Below are positions 6,570-16,403 of a stretch of 24,000 nt of DNA, piece by piece (position 1 is the first letter of the stretch; each line of letters opens with the position of its first letter). The DNA is taken from contig CAWBXX010000001.1 in assembly GCA_963792885.1 (NCBI GenBank), forward strand, positions 105,298-129,297. Reading direction: 5' to 3'. The notes beneath the pieces are model-generated. The model worked only from the letters and a program-made list of their open reading frames with translations. It was not told where the DNA came from and did not search any database. This stretch comes from an uncultured Alphaproteobacteria bacterium (GTDB taxonomy: Bacteria; Pseudomonadota; Alphaproteobacteria; Rhizobiales; Afifellaceae). The position numbers and the translations under genes are program-made.

Positions 6570-9081
6570 CTAAGCTCTCATCCGCGCGTTCTCCGGGTCG
6601 TAGGGGCTCTCGGGGACCACCGTCGCGCGATAGTGCTCGCCGAGGATCTGGATCTCCAGTTCCGTCCCGTCCGCGCCGTGCTCGGGCTTCACCATGGCAA
6701 GAGCCAGCGACTTCCCGACCCGCCAGCCGTAGCCGCCCGAGGTCGCGCGGCCGACCAGCTCATCGCCCTTCCAGATCGGTTCGTTGCCGCGCGGATCGGC
6801 GTTGGTGATGCCGTCGACCTCCATGGTCACGTATTTCCACTTGTCGCCCTCGGCATGCGCCTTCACGAGCGCGTCGCGGCCGAGGAACTCGCCCTTGTTC
6901 GGATGCACAAAGCGGTCGAGACCGGACTCGTAGGCCGTGTATTCGATCGATAGCTCGCGCGGGATCAGCCGGTAGGACTTCTCGATCGCCATCGACATCA
7001 TGGCCCGGATGCCGAACGGCTTGATGCCGAATTCCTCTCCCGCCTCCATGACCGCATCGAAGATCGCATTCTGCATCTCGATCGGATGGTGCAGCTCCCA
7101 GCCGAGCTCGCCGACGAAGTTGACGCGAAGCGCCTGCGCCTCGGCAAAGCCGATGTTGATCCCCTTGCCGGAGAGCCATGGGAAGGCCGCGTTGGAAAGG
7201 TCCGCATCGGTCACCTTGGCGAGCACGTCGCGCGACTTCGGGCCGGCGAGCACCAGGACGCCCCACTCCGTCGTCACCGGGTACATGCGCACGCTGCTGT
7301 CATTCGGCAGCAGCTTCATCAGGACGTCGTGGTCGTGCCGCTCCAGCGCGCCGGCGGAGACGAGGTAGTAGCCACCCTCGCGCACCTTGTAGACGGTGAA
7401 CTCGGAACGCACGCCGCCGTGCTTGGTCAGAAGATGGCAGAGGTTCACGCGCCCCGGCTTCTTCGGGATGCGGTTCGCCAGGATCGAATCGAGCCACGCC
7501 TCAGCGCCGGGCCCCGTGATGAAGCATTTCGCGAAGGCCGACATATCGAGCAGCCCCACATTTTCCATCACGTTGAGGCACTCGTTGCCGACATGCTCGA
7601 AGTAGTTGGAGCGGTGGAACGACCAGCGCTCGCGCACCTTGCCGGTCCAGTCGGCCGGAGCATGGTTGTGGTTGGTCAGCGTGTCGTCGACATCGAGCTC
7701 GCGCTTCCGCACCGCATAGCCCTTCGGCGCGAACCAGTTCGGCCGCTCCCAGCCGTAGATCGAACCGAAGACAGCGCCGAGCTTCTCCATCCGCCCGTAG
7801 CAGGGTGCGGTCTTCAACGGGCGCGCAGCGACACGCTCCTCGTCGGGGTAGTGCATGGTGAAGACGTTGGCGTAGGCTTCCTCGTTCTTCTTGATGAGAT
7901 AGCCCTTCTTCGCGTAGGGGCCGAAGCGGCGCGGATCGACACCCATCATGTCGATCGTCGGCTCGCCCTCCACGACCCATTCGGCGAGCTGCCAGCCGGC
8001 GCCGCCCGCCGCTGTCACGCCGAAGGAATGCCCTTCGTTCAGCCAGAAATTCTTGAGCCCCCAGGCCGGGCCGACGATCGGCGAGCCGTCGGGCGTATAG
8101 GGAATGGCGCCGTTATAGACCTTCTTGATGCCGACCTCGCCGAAGGCCGGCACGCGGGCGATTGCCGTCTCGATATGCGGCATCAGCCGTTCGAGGTCCT
8201 CCTGGAAGAGCTCGTATTCCGCATCCTCCGACGGCCCATCGACGTAGCACGCGGGTGCGCCCTTCTCGTAGGGCCCAAGCAGCAGCCCGCCGGCCTCCTC
8301 GCGCATATACCAGGACGAATCGCTCTCACGCAGAACGCCCATCTCCGGCAGCCCCTTTGCGTGGCGCTCCTGGATCGCCGGATGCGGTTCTGTGACGATG
8401 AACTGGTGCTCGACCGGAATCACAGGCACGTCGAGCCCGACCATTGCGCCGGTCCTGCGCGCGAAGTTGCCGCTCGCGGAGACGACGTGCTCGGCCGGTG
8501 ATGTCGCCCTTGTCGGTCTTCACCAGCCATTCGCCGTTCGGCTTCTGCTCGATCGCGACCACCCTGGTGTTGCGGTTGATCTCGGCTCCAAGAGCCCGCG
8601 CGCCCTTCGCCATAGCCTGCGTCACGTCGGCCGGCTGAATATAGCCGTCGTCGGGATGCTGGATCGCGCCGATGATTCCGTCGGTCTCGCAGAGCGGCCA
8701 GATCTCTTTGATCTGCTTCGGCGTCAGGACGTTGACTTTGATGCCGATCGTCTCCGCCACGCCGGCGTAGTACATGTACTCGTCCCAGCGGTCCTTGGTG
8801 CGCGCCAGGCGGATGTTTGAGCAGACCGAGAAGCCGACGCTCTGGCCGGTCTCGGCTTCGAGCGTCTTGTAGAAGGCGACCGAGTATTTGTGGATCTGCC
8901 CGACCGAGTAGCTCATGTTGAAGAGCGGCAAGAGGCCGGCGGCGTGCCAGGTCGAGCCGGAGGTCAGCTCCTTCCGCTCGACCAGAACCGAGTCGGCCCA
9001 GCCCTTCTTGGCGAGGTGATAGAGCGTCGAGACGCCGACCACGCCGCCTCCGATCACCACCGCGCGCGCCTGGCTTCTCAT
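6570..9081 (-). pseudogene. Dimethylglycine/sarcosine dehydrogenase-family flavoenzyme (FAD DAO domain + GcvT-type folate-binding domain), single frame break
   Basis: The N-terminal part (track 8326..9081) has VVIGGGVVGVSTLYHLAKKG...VKTDKGDIT. The remainder (track 6570..8444) continues in the +1 frame as AEHVVSASGNFARRTGAMVGLDVPVIPVEHQ... through the aminomethyltransferase-like C-terminus. The junction is ACC-G-GCC-GAG at 8493-8498. Combined length is about 836 aa, normal for the family. Confidence 0.85.
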
Positions 9082-9265
9082 CGCCCTCTCCCCGTCATTC
9101 CCGTGCTTCTTCCTGTTTTATCGGGCGAACCGCCCGCCGGCGCGCGCCAAAGGCGACGCCGGATTGCCCAAGTGAGGCATGGCGGCAGCGCGGCTTCGGA
9201 TCACGGTCTCAACCTCTACCGCCTTCCGGCGGCTTGTAGTCCTTTCCGCACCTGAATACTTTCCC

Positions 9266-9289
9266 GCCGCGAGCCAGGCGGCTCGCGGC
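9266..9289. promoter_or_regulatory. Perfect 10-bp inverted repeat with 4-nt spacer (GCCGCGAGCC-AGGC-GGCTCGCGGC) upstream of the PfkB kinase gene
   Basis: Read directly from the sequence. It lies 48 nt upstream of ATG 9337, in the 255-bp divergent region shared with the flavoenzyme gene. Function unknown (operator or 5'-UTR hairpin). Confidence 0.35.
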
Positions 9290-9336
9290 AGACGTCGATC
9301 CCTTCCGATCCTGAAACCGGTAGAGAAGCAGCGCTT

Positions 9337-10356
9337 ATGGCGGAGAGAAGCGGTTTCGTCACGGGCGGTACCTGGTGTGTCGACCGCAACAAGCTCGTCA
9401 CGCGCTGGCCCGGCGAAGACGGCATCGCCGAGATCGTCTCGATAGAGACCCGCAACGGCGGCTCGGCCTCGAACCTCGCCATCGACATGAAGCGGCTCGA
9501 CCCGGCGATCTTCGTGGAGACCATGGGGGTTGTCGGCGACGACGACGACGGCCGCTACCTGATCGCCGAAGCCGAGACTTACGGGATCGAGCACGAACAG
9601 CTCGTCACCACGGATCAGGCTGCAACGCAATTCACCGACGCCTTCGCCTCAAAGGAGACCGGTCGGCGGACCCATATTTTCTACCAGGGCGCGGCGGCGG
9701 TGCTGACACCGGACCACTTCGACCTCGCGCGGACCCGTGGACAATTCTTCCATCTCGGCATGCCCGGCATCCATCGGATCATGGACGCGCCGTGGGGCGA
9801 CGCGACGAACGGATGGGTCGCAGTCCTGCGCGAGGCGAAGAAGCATGGCCTCAAGACGAACCTCGAGCTGCCGAGCGTCGATGCCGCGGTGCTGGCGAAG
9901 GTAACGCGCCCCTGCCTGCCCCACCTCGACACTCTGATCGTGAATGATCACGAGATCGGCGCGATCGCCGGCGAGCGGACGATCACCGACGGCCACACCG
10001 ACGTCGATGCCTGCGTGCGGGCCGCGCAGAAGGCCCTGGACGATGGATCGATGTCGTTGGTCGCGGTCCACTTTCCCCGCGGCGGCGTCGTCGTCTCGCG
10101 GGAGAGTGGCGTGTTGCGGCAGCCCTCGCTCGCCGTCCCGCCGTCTGAGGTCGCCGCCTCGAACGGCGCTGGTGACGCCTTCGCCGCCGGCTTGCTCTAC
10201 GGAATCCATCAGGGCTGGACGACGCTTGACGCGCTGGCGCTCGCCCATGCGGTCGCCGCGGCTTCGCTCAGGGCGATGTCGACCGTCGAGGGCGTCGAGA
10301 AGTGGCGCGATTGCCTGGCGCTCGTGGAGCGGTGGGGCTGGCGCGACCCGATCTAG
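9337..10356 (+). CDS. PfkB-family carbohydrate kinase (ribokinase-like)
   Basis: 339-aa ORF with the C-terminal PfkB signature NGAGDAFAAGLLYG and a ribokinase-like N-terminal region. Substrate not assignable. Confidence 0.9.
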   Translation: MAERSGFVTGGTWCVDRNKLVTRWPGEDGIAEIVSIETRNGGSASNLAIDMKRLDPAIFVETMGVVGDDDDGRYLIAEAETYGIEHEQLVTTDQAATQFTDAFASKETGRRTHIFYQGAAAVLTPDHFDLARTRGQFFHLGMPGIHRIMDAPWGDATNGWVAVLREAKKHGLKTNLELPSVDAAVLAKVTRPCLPHLDTLIVNDHEIGAIAGERTITDGHTDVDACVRAAQKALDDGSMSLVAVHFPRGGVVVSRESGVLRQPSLAVPPSEVAASNGAGDAFAAGLLYGIHQGWTTLDALALAHAVAAASLRAMSTVEGVEKWRDCLALVERWGWRDPI

Positions 10357-10397
10357 CGGCGCCTTCCGCCAACCGCTGTCCGCGCAGCAGGAGGCGG

Positions 10398-12986
10398 CTA
10401 CTTCATCAACACGCTCGATCGCCCGCCGGAGATCAGCGCCGTCACGTCGATCAGCGCGGTCGCGATGCCAAATCCGCTCGGGCAGGCAAGGTATTGCGGC
10501 GTCCATACGGGATCGAACTTCTGCTTGAAGGCCTTCAGCCCCTCGAAGCCATAGAAGTCCTCGGCGTGGCGATAGAGCAGCGTGCCGATCCGGCTCCAGC
10601 TTGAGGCGAGCGGATGGTCGGCGAGTCCGGCGAGCGGCGCAGCGCCGAGATTGAACCAGCGAAAGCCGGAGTCCCTGCCGTAGAGCAGTAGCCGCGCGAA
10701 AAGCGCGTCCATCAAGAAATTCCCCCGATCCGGCAGATGGCGCATCAGGTCGACCGACATCTCGTTCTTCCCCGCGCTCCGCCAGATATTGGCGAATGCC
10801 ACGATCTCCTCTCCGGCGCTGAGCACCGCACAATCGAATTCCGCCATGTAGGCGTCGGAGAAGTTGCCGAGCGAGAACGCCTTCTCGTGGCCCGACTTGA
10901 TCCTGAGCCATTCGTCGGAGACGCGACGAAGCGCCTCCATGTGGCTCGGCACTTCCGCCTTCGGGATGATCGCGAAGCTCATGCCCTCGCGATCGACGCG
11001 CCGGTCGGCACGACGGAAGTCGCCGCGCTTCGAGCCTTCGAGCGTGAAGCTCGATAGCTCCACTCGTGCCACCTCGCCGATCTTCAGGATCGACAGTCCC
11101 ATGTCGATGTAGATCGGCAAATAGGTCTGCCCGACCGCGTAGTAGACGGCGTTGCCGCCGGCGCGGTCGGCAAGCTCGCGGAAGGCCCAGATCAAGTCCG
11201 GCGCGGCCGTGCCCGCGCCGACGGGATCGCCCATCGTGATCCAGCTTCGGCCGGTGTGGCCGTACATGAGGAAACCGGCGCGATCGCTGCTCATCAGGAA
11301 TTTCTTGTCGCCGAGGAGCGCGACATTGGTCTGCGTCAGCGGCGAGGCGGCGACGAGCGCGCGGATGTCGTCGCTCACCGGATCGGCCACGAACTTCGCG
11401 TCGAAGGCGCGGCGCATGAAGAGGTCGACCGCCGCCCAAACCAGGACAGCGGCGACGACCACCATGGCGCGGAGGAACCGCGGGGCGCCGCCGGACCAGG
11501 CGAATTGCCACCAGAGCTCCTGCGCGTAGTCGACGTGGCGGTAGTTGAAGAAGCCGAGCCATGCCGCGGCCATGCAGGCGGAGAGAGCCATCGCGAGCCA
11601 GCCCGGCGATACGCGGAGCGCGCTCACCGGGCCGCCTCGGTAGAAGGAGGCGCGGAAGACATAAAGCACGAGCGCCATGGCGACGAGAACCAGCGCCTCG
11701 TCCCAATCGAGGCCTTTCAGAAGCGACGCGGCGGCGCCGGCGAGAAGCAGGATCTCGGTCAGGAGCCAGGCGGCGCTCAGGCGCCTCAACAGCCCGCGCG
11801 CCACGAGGAGCAGCGCCACGCCGATGATGCTTCCGATCAGATGCGAGCTCTCGACCACGAAGAGCGGCAGCCATTCGCGGATGCTCTGCAGCCGCTCGAT
11901 CTCCGGCGCGAGCGCGGCGGAGAAAAGCAGCACGGTGCCGGAGAGAAACGCTATCAGCGCGGCCGCCAAGGGAACGAGCGGCCCCAGGGTCCTCGCGGTC
12001 TGCTCGGCTGCGGCCGAGATGCGGCGCTTGTTGCGCAGGCCTTCCCAGACGGCGAGCCCGCTCGCCGCGATGACGAACGGCACGACGTAATAGACGAGGC
12101 GGTAGATGATGAGGCCGGCGATGACGCCGGCGCTCATCGTCTGACCGAGCGCGGCGATGATCGCCGCCTCGAAGACGCCAAAGCCGCCGGGGGCGTGGCT
12201 CGCGAGGCCCAGAAGGATGGCGCCGCAATAGAGCACGATGAAATAAGGAAAGGCCGGCATCGCCTCGGGCGGGAGCACGACGTAGAGGACGCCGGCCGAG
12301 GCGGCGAGGTCGATGGAGCCAGCGATGATCTGGCCGACCGCGATCTCGCGGCGGGGCAGCGGCAAGGACCAGCGGAAGATCCGCAGCACGCGCGGGGCGC
12401 GCCCGAGCCAAACGACGCCATAAGCGAGCGCCGCGGCCAATCCCAATCCGAGGAAGATCTCGATACGGATTCCGAGCGGCCGGAGCGCCGTGATGCCGCG
12501 CGGATCGAGGATCAGCGCCGCCGCGAGGAGAGCGACAAAACCGAACCAGAAGGTGACGGAGGAATTGGCGTAGATGCGCAGGATGTCGGCGGCGTCGAGG
12601 CCGAGCACCGAGTAGATGCGGTAGCGCATGACGCCCGACGTCACCGCCCCGAAGCCGAGAAGATTCGAGACGGCGTGGGAGGCGGCGCCGGCGACCGCCG
12701 CTCGACCCGCCGATATCTCGCCCGGCGCGACGGAGCGGACCGCCAGCACGTCGAAGCTCGCGATGGCGGAAAAGCTCACTGCCGTCAGGAGAAGTGCGAA
12801 GACGATCTGCTCGGGGCGGATGGCGTCCAGTGCCGCGCGCACCTGCGCCGGTCCGACATCCCTGAGCACCGCGCGGACCGCAATAACCGCCAGGATCGCA
12901 AAGCCGATGCTGAGGAACGGCACCAGCAGTCGCCGGAGCCCGGCGTAGCGCCCGATTTGAGGCTCCGCGGCTTTGCGCCGGCTCAA
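10398..12986 (-). CDS. mprF: Bifunctional lysyl-phosphatidylglycerol flippase/synthetase MprF (LpiA-like)
   Basis: 862-aa ORF. The N-terminal part is polytopic membrane domain. The C-terminal synthase domain (DUF2156-type) reads GDPVGAGTAAPDLIWAFRELADRAGGNAVYYAV...FRWFNLGAAPLAGL...FKQKFDPVWTPQYLA. TTG start at 12986 is preceded by GGGAGAG. Confidence 0.9.
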   Translation of the reverse strand: MSRRKAAEPQIGRYAGLRRLLVPFLSIGFAILAVIAVRAVLRDVGPAQVRAALDAIRPEQIVFALLLTAVSFSAIASFDVLAVRSVAPGEISAGRAAVAGAASHAVSNLLGFGAVTSGVMRYRIYSVLGLDAADILRIYANSSVTFWFGFVALLAAALILDPRGITALRPLGIRIEIFLGLGLAAALAYGVVWLGRAPRVLRIFRWSLPLPRREIAVGQIIAGSIDLAASAGVLYVVLPPEAMPAFPYFIVLYCGAILLGLASHAPGGFGVFEAAIIAALGQTMSAGVIAGLIIYRLVYYVVPFVIAASGLAVWEGLRNKRRISAAAEQTARTLGPLVPLAAALIAFLSGTVLLFSAALAPEIERLQSIREWLPLFVVESSHLIGSIIGVALLLVARGLLRRLSAAWLLTEILLLAGAAASLLKGLDWDEALVLVAMALVLYVFRASFYRGGPVSALRVSPGWLAMALSACMAAAWLGFFNYRHVDYAQELWWQFAWSGGAPRFLRAMVVVAAVLVWAAVDLFMRRAFDAKFVADPVSDDIRALVAASPLTQTNVALLGDKKFLMSSDRAGFLMYGHTGRSWITMGDPVGAGTAAPDLIWAFRELADRAGGNAVYYAVGQTYLPIYIDMGLSILKIGEVARVELSSFTLEGSKRGDFRRADRRVDREGMSFAIIPKAEVPSHMEALRRVSDEWLRIKSGHEKAFSLGNFSDAYMAEFDCAVLSAGEEIVAFANIWRSAGKNEMSVDLMRHLPDRGNFLMDALFARLLLYGRDSGFRWFNLGAAPLAGLADHPLASSWSRIGTLLYRHAEDFYGFEGLKAFKQKFDPVWTPQYLACPSGFGIATALIDVTALISGGRSSVLMK

Positions 12987-13081
12987 CGTCTCTCTCCCTG
13001 CGATCTGATTCGAGGCCCGTCTAGCCTATCCAGACGACGGGTCTCTATCGGTTAACCGCCCGCGATCTCTTCGGCCGGTCG

Positions 13082-14011
13082 TCAGGCGGCGAGGCTTGCG
13101 GCAATATCTCCCCTCCCCGCCTTCCGCGCCGCCGCAATCACGGTGTTCGCCATCAGCATCGCGATGGTCATCGGGCCGACGCCGCCCGGCACCGGCGTAA
13201 TCGCACCGGCGACATGCGATGCGCCGGCAAAGTCCACGTCGCCGACGAGCCTCGTCTTGCCCTCGCCTTTCTCAGGTGCCGGCACACGGTTGATGCCGAC
13301 GTCGATGACGCAGGCGCCAGGTTTCACCCAATCGGCCTTCACCATCTCGGGCCGGCCGACTGCGGCCACCAGGATGTCGCCACGCCGGCAGACGGCGGGG
13401 AGATCGCGCGTGCGGCTGTGGCAGATCGTGACCGTGCAGTTCTCGGCGAGGAGAAGCTGCGCCACCGGCTTGCCGACGATGTTGGAGCGCCCGACGATCA
13501 CCGCTTCGAGTCCGGAGAGGTCTTCCCCGAGCGCGTGCTTGGCGAGGATGACGCTGCCGGCCGGCGTGCAGGGCACGAGCGCCTGGTCAAGCGCGCCCGA
13601 GGTCAGCCTTCCGACATTGATCGGGTGGAACCCGTCCACGTCCTTGTCGGGGTCGACCGCCATCAACACCTTCGACGCGTCGATCTGCTTCGGCAGCGGA
13701 AGCTGCACCAGGATACCGTGGATCGCAGGATCGGCATTCAGCTTCGCGACGAGCGCGAGAAGGTCGGATTCGGAGGTGTCGACCGACAGCGTGTGCTGCT
13801 CGGAATGGAAGCCGCATTCTGCCGCCGTGCGGCTCTTGTTCCTCACATAGACGGCGCTTGCCGGGTCCTCGCCGACCAGCACGACGGCAATCCCGGGATT
13901 GACGCCGGCCTCCGCCTTGAGCTGCGTACCCGCCGCCTTCGCCTTTTCCACCATTGCGGCAGCGATGCTCTTGCCGTCGATCCGCCGGGCTTCCTTCGTC
14001 GCAACATCCAT
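13082..14011 (-). CDS. folD: Bifunctional 5,10-methylene-tetrahydrofolate dehydrogenase / 5,10-methenyl-tetrahydrofolate cyclohydrolase
   Basis: Typical FolD sequence: IDGKSIAA...[21 protein letters not shown]...GILVQLPLP...DVDGFHP.N.G...[12 protein letters not shown]...[15 protein letters not shown] prefer ATG 14011 (MDVATKE, with AAGGGGA about 7 nt upstream) over the track start 14059. Confidence 0.93.
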   Translation of the reverse strand: MDVATKEARRIDGKSIAAAMVEKAKAAGTQLKAEAGVNPGIAVVLVGEDPASAVYVRNKSRTAAECGFHSEQHTLSVDTSESDLLALVAKLNADPAIHGILVQLPLPKQIDASKVLMAVDPDKDVDGFHPINVGRLTSGALDQALVPCTPAGSVILAKHALGEDLSGLEAVIVGRSNIVGKPVAQLLLAENCTVTICHSRTRDLPAVCRRGDILVAAVGRPEMVKADWVKPGACVIDVGINRVPAPEKGEGKTRLVGDVDFAGASHVAGAITPVPGGVGPMTIAMLMANTVIAAARKAGRGDIAASLAA

Positions 14012-14133
14012 CCGGATTCCCCTTCCTGCGCAGGCGCCTTTTAGCAGGGGAATAGGCAAATGCGCGTCCCAATGCGACGCGGCGGCGTGCCCCGGTTGGC
14101 CTTTCTTAAGGTGGCTCCGATAGGCCGCTCCCC

Positions 14134-15948
14134 GTGTCCGCCTTAAGTGAATCGGCCAGCCCCCAAACGCGCGCGGAAAGCCGCCCCGCCGGCTTCGCGC
14201 CGATCCTCGTCGCCTGGCTCTTGGCGCTCGCCATCATCGCCACCGCCGCGGTGCCGATGGCCATCAAGACCGTCCGCGACGGCACGCTCTTCGACAACGA
14301 CGACGCGATGCGCCTCGTCGAGATGCGCGACTGGATGGCGGGCCAAAGCTGGTTCGACATGACGGAGCACCGCGTCGACCCGCCGACGGGCATGCTCTCC
14401 CATTGGTCGCGGCTGATCGAGCTGCCGATGGCGGCCGCGATCCGCGCGCTCTCCGCAACGCTCGATCGCGGTCTCGCCGAACGGATCGTCATCGCCGTCT
14501 GGCCGCTCGTGCTTCTCGCGGCGCTGGTCCTCACCATTCTGCGTCTTGCCGCGCGCGTTTTCCCGCCGCCGGTGTCTCTTGCCGCCGCGGCGATGGTGGC
14601 GCTCAACCCGATCCTTCAGTTCCAGCTCCTTCCCGGCCGCATCGATCACCACGGCACGCAAATGCTGCTGGTGCTCCTCCTCGGCTTCGCCACGATCCGC
14701 GCCATCGTCGAAAAGCGGCCGGGCGCCGCCGTCGCGGCAGGCGTGGTTTCCGCGGTGTCGCTTGCGATCGGACTTGAGGCCGTGCCACTCGTCGCGTTGG
14801 CGGCCGGCCTCTTCGGCCTCGCGTTCATCATCGAGGGTGCGCCCTCTCGACGCATCGTCGCCGTCTTCGGCGCAACCTTCGCGCTTTCCACCCTTCTCCT
14901 TTTCGCCGCGACCGTGGCGCCTTCGCGGTGGGGCGTCGTTGAATCGGATGCGCTCTCGCTGCCGTGGCTCTGGATGGCGGCCGGCGGCGGAGGTGCGCTC
15001 GTGCTGCTTGCCTCGGCGCCGTCGCCAAGCAGGTTGCGCCGCGCAGTCTTCACCGTGGGTGCCGGCGCCATCGTCTCCGCGGCCTTCATCGCAGTCTGGC
15101 CGCACGTCCTCGCCGGGCCACTCGCCGATATCGATCCGCTCGTGCGCGAGCTGTGGCTTGAGGGCGTCGGAGAGGCGAAGCCGCTTCCGCTTCTCGTCTC
15201 GCAGAACCCCGAGAACTTCCTCTATTTCCTCGCCTTCCCGACGGTCGGCTGGCTCGGCCTTTTGACCGCGGCGCTCCGCGAAGGCCGCAGGCGTCCGGAT
15301 TTCCTTCTGCTCTTCGCTTTTACGAGCATGGGATTGGCTCTTGCCCTCGTGGAGATGCGCGGCGCGTCTTTCGCCTCACTCTTCGCGATCTTCGGATGGC
15401 TCTATCCGGTGGATCGCGCGCTCTCCTGGCTCGGCGGCGACAAGAACCGAGCCGGCCGCGCGCTCGTCTCCACCTGCGTTATCCTGTTGGCAGTCGTCTG
15501 TTCGCTCCCTTATCCGTGGAGCGCCGTCGGCCATGCCGTGAAGGCAAGCAAGTCGCCCGCCATATCGCTTACGAGCTGCGGCGTCCGCGAGGACATGGCG
15601 GCGCTCGCCTCCGAGCCGCAAGGCCTCGTACTCGCGCCTCTCAAACTCGGCCCGCGTATCCTGGTGGCGACGGATCACGACGTGGTTTCCGCCCCCTACC
15701 ACCGCAACAATGCCGGCAACCGCTTCGCGCTAGAGACGCTGACCGCCGCCCCCGACGCCGCGCATGCGCGCATCAAGGAGCGTGGCGTGCGCTACCTCGC
15801 GCTTTGCCTTGGCGACACCGACCTTCCGCGCCTCCTTGCCTATCGCAAGAATTCGCTGCTTCAGACACTCGTCGACGGGACGCCGCCCGCGTGGCTCGCG
15901 CCGCTTCCCGCGAGCGGACCCATCCGCGCCTGGCGTGTCCTCGACTAG
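14134..15948 (+). CDS. Large polytopic inner-membrane protein, GT-C-fold glycosyltransferase-like (function unknown)
   Basis: 604-aa ORF with more than 10 predicted TM helices. The first extracytoplasmic loop carries an acidic DxD-type motif followed by Arg ([15 protein letters not shown]), as in STT3/ArnT/PMT-type GT-C enzymes. There is a soluble C-terminal domain and no WWDYG motif. The GTG start has no good SD, so the 5' end is uncertain. Confidence 0.7.
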   Translation: MSALSESASPQTRAESRPAGFAPILVAWLLALAIIATAAVPMAIKTVRDGTLFDNDDAMRLVEMRDWMAGQSWFDMTEHRVDPPTGMLSHWSRLIELPMAAAIRALSATLDRGLAERIVIAVWPLVLLAALVLTILRLAARVFPPPVSLAAAAMVALNPILQFQLLPGRIDHHGTQMLLVLLLGFATIRAIVEKRPGAAVAAGVVSAVSLAIGLEAVPLVALAAGLFGLAFIIEGAPSRRIVAVFGATFALSTLLLFAATVAPSRWGVVESDALSLPWLWMAAGGGGALVLLASAPSPSRLRRAVFTVGAGAIVSAAFIAVWPHVLAGPLADIDPLVRELWLEGVGEAKPLPLLVSQNPENFLYFLAFPTVGWLGLLTAALREGRRRPDFLLLFAFTSMGLALALVEMRGASFASLFAIFGWLYPVDRALSWLGGDKNRAGRALVSTCVILLAVVCSLPYPWSAVGHAVKASKSPAISLTSCGVREDMAALASEPQGLVLAPLKLGPRILVATDHDVVSAPYHRNNAGNRFALETLTAAPDAAHARIKERGVRYLALCLGDTDLPRLLAYRKNSLLQTLVDGTPPAWLAPLPASGPIRAWRVLD

Positions 15949-15992
15949 CGCCGCCCCTTGCACTGCCGCGCCGAGGGCGCGACCATCCGACG

Positions 15993-16367
15993 ATGGCCCG
16001 CATCCTGTTCGATTTCGGCGGTGTGACGCTCGAAGCAGAGACACTCGCAACGCCGACCGCGGACGCGATCCTCGCGGCGTTGCCGCTTGACGTCACGGTC
16101 CAGACCTGGGGCGAGGAAGTCTATTTCGGGATCGGTGTCTCGACGCCGCGGGAGGCGGATGCCCGCGCCGTGGTCGAGGCGGGCGAGATCGCCTATTGGC
16201 CGGACGGCGAAGCGATCGCCATCGGCTTCGGCCGCACGCCTATCTCACGCGCAGACGAAATTCGACTGGCGAGTCCCTGCAATGTTTGGGCACAGGCGCT
16301 CGGCGACGTGCGGACGCTGAAGAGCGTACGCGCCGGCACGCATGTCACGGTGTCGGTGATCGGCTGA
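15993..16367 (+). CDS. Cyclophilin-like fold protein (PF04126/TM1367-like)
   Basis: 124 aa from ATG 15993, inside the longer track ORF 15396..16367. Sequence: [32 protein letters not shown]...WGEEVYF...[22 protein letters not shown]... Confidence 0.8.
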   Translation: MARILFDFGGVTLEAETLATPTADAILAALPLDVTVQTWGEEVYFGIGVSTPREADARAVVEAGEIAYWPDGEAIAIGFGRTPISRADEIRLASPCNVWAQALGDVRTLKSVRAGTHVTVSVIG

Positions 16368-16403
16368 CGCGAGCGCGCACAACCTCAGACGGATAAGCCG
16401 TGC

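Noticed and set aside
29-8501. Other long track ORFs: 29..877 +, 727..1935 +, 2007..3071 +, 2452..3105 -, 3304..4128 -, 4101..4922 +, 4162..5550 -, 7086..8501 +
   Set aside because: Same reasoning. Each lies antisense or out of frame to a gene with strong family motifs, and each has an Arg/Pro-rich composition without recognisable domains.
10398-12986. MprF as part of something unusual (no AcvB/VirJ-type partner downstream, unlike the lpiA-acvB operons I recall in rhizobia)
   Set aside because: The gene itself is a standard full-length MprF, and a partner could be encoded elsewhere. Absence from one window is not evidence of novelty.
9649-13055. Very long ORFs 9649..12411 (-, 920 aa) and 11256..13055 (+, 599 aa), plus smaller ones overlapping pfkB and mprF
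   Set aside because: Their translations are Arg/Pro/Gly/Asp-rich low-complexity strings with no motifs. They lie out of frame or antisense to genes that have clear family signatures (PfkB, MprF). This is typical shadow-ORF behaviour in high-GC DNA.
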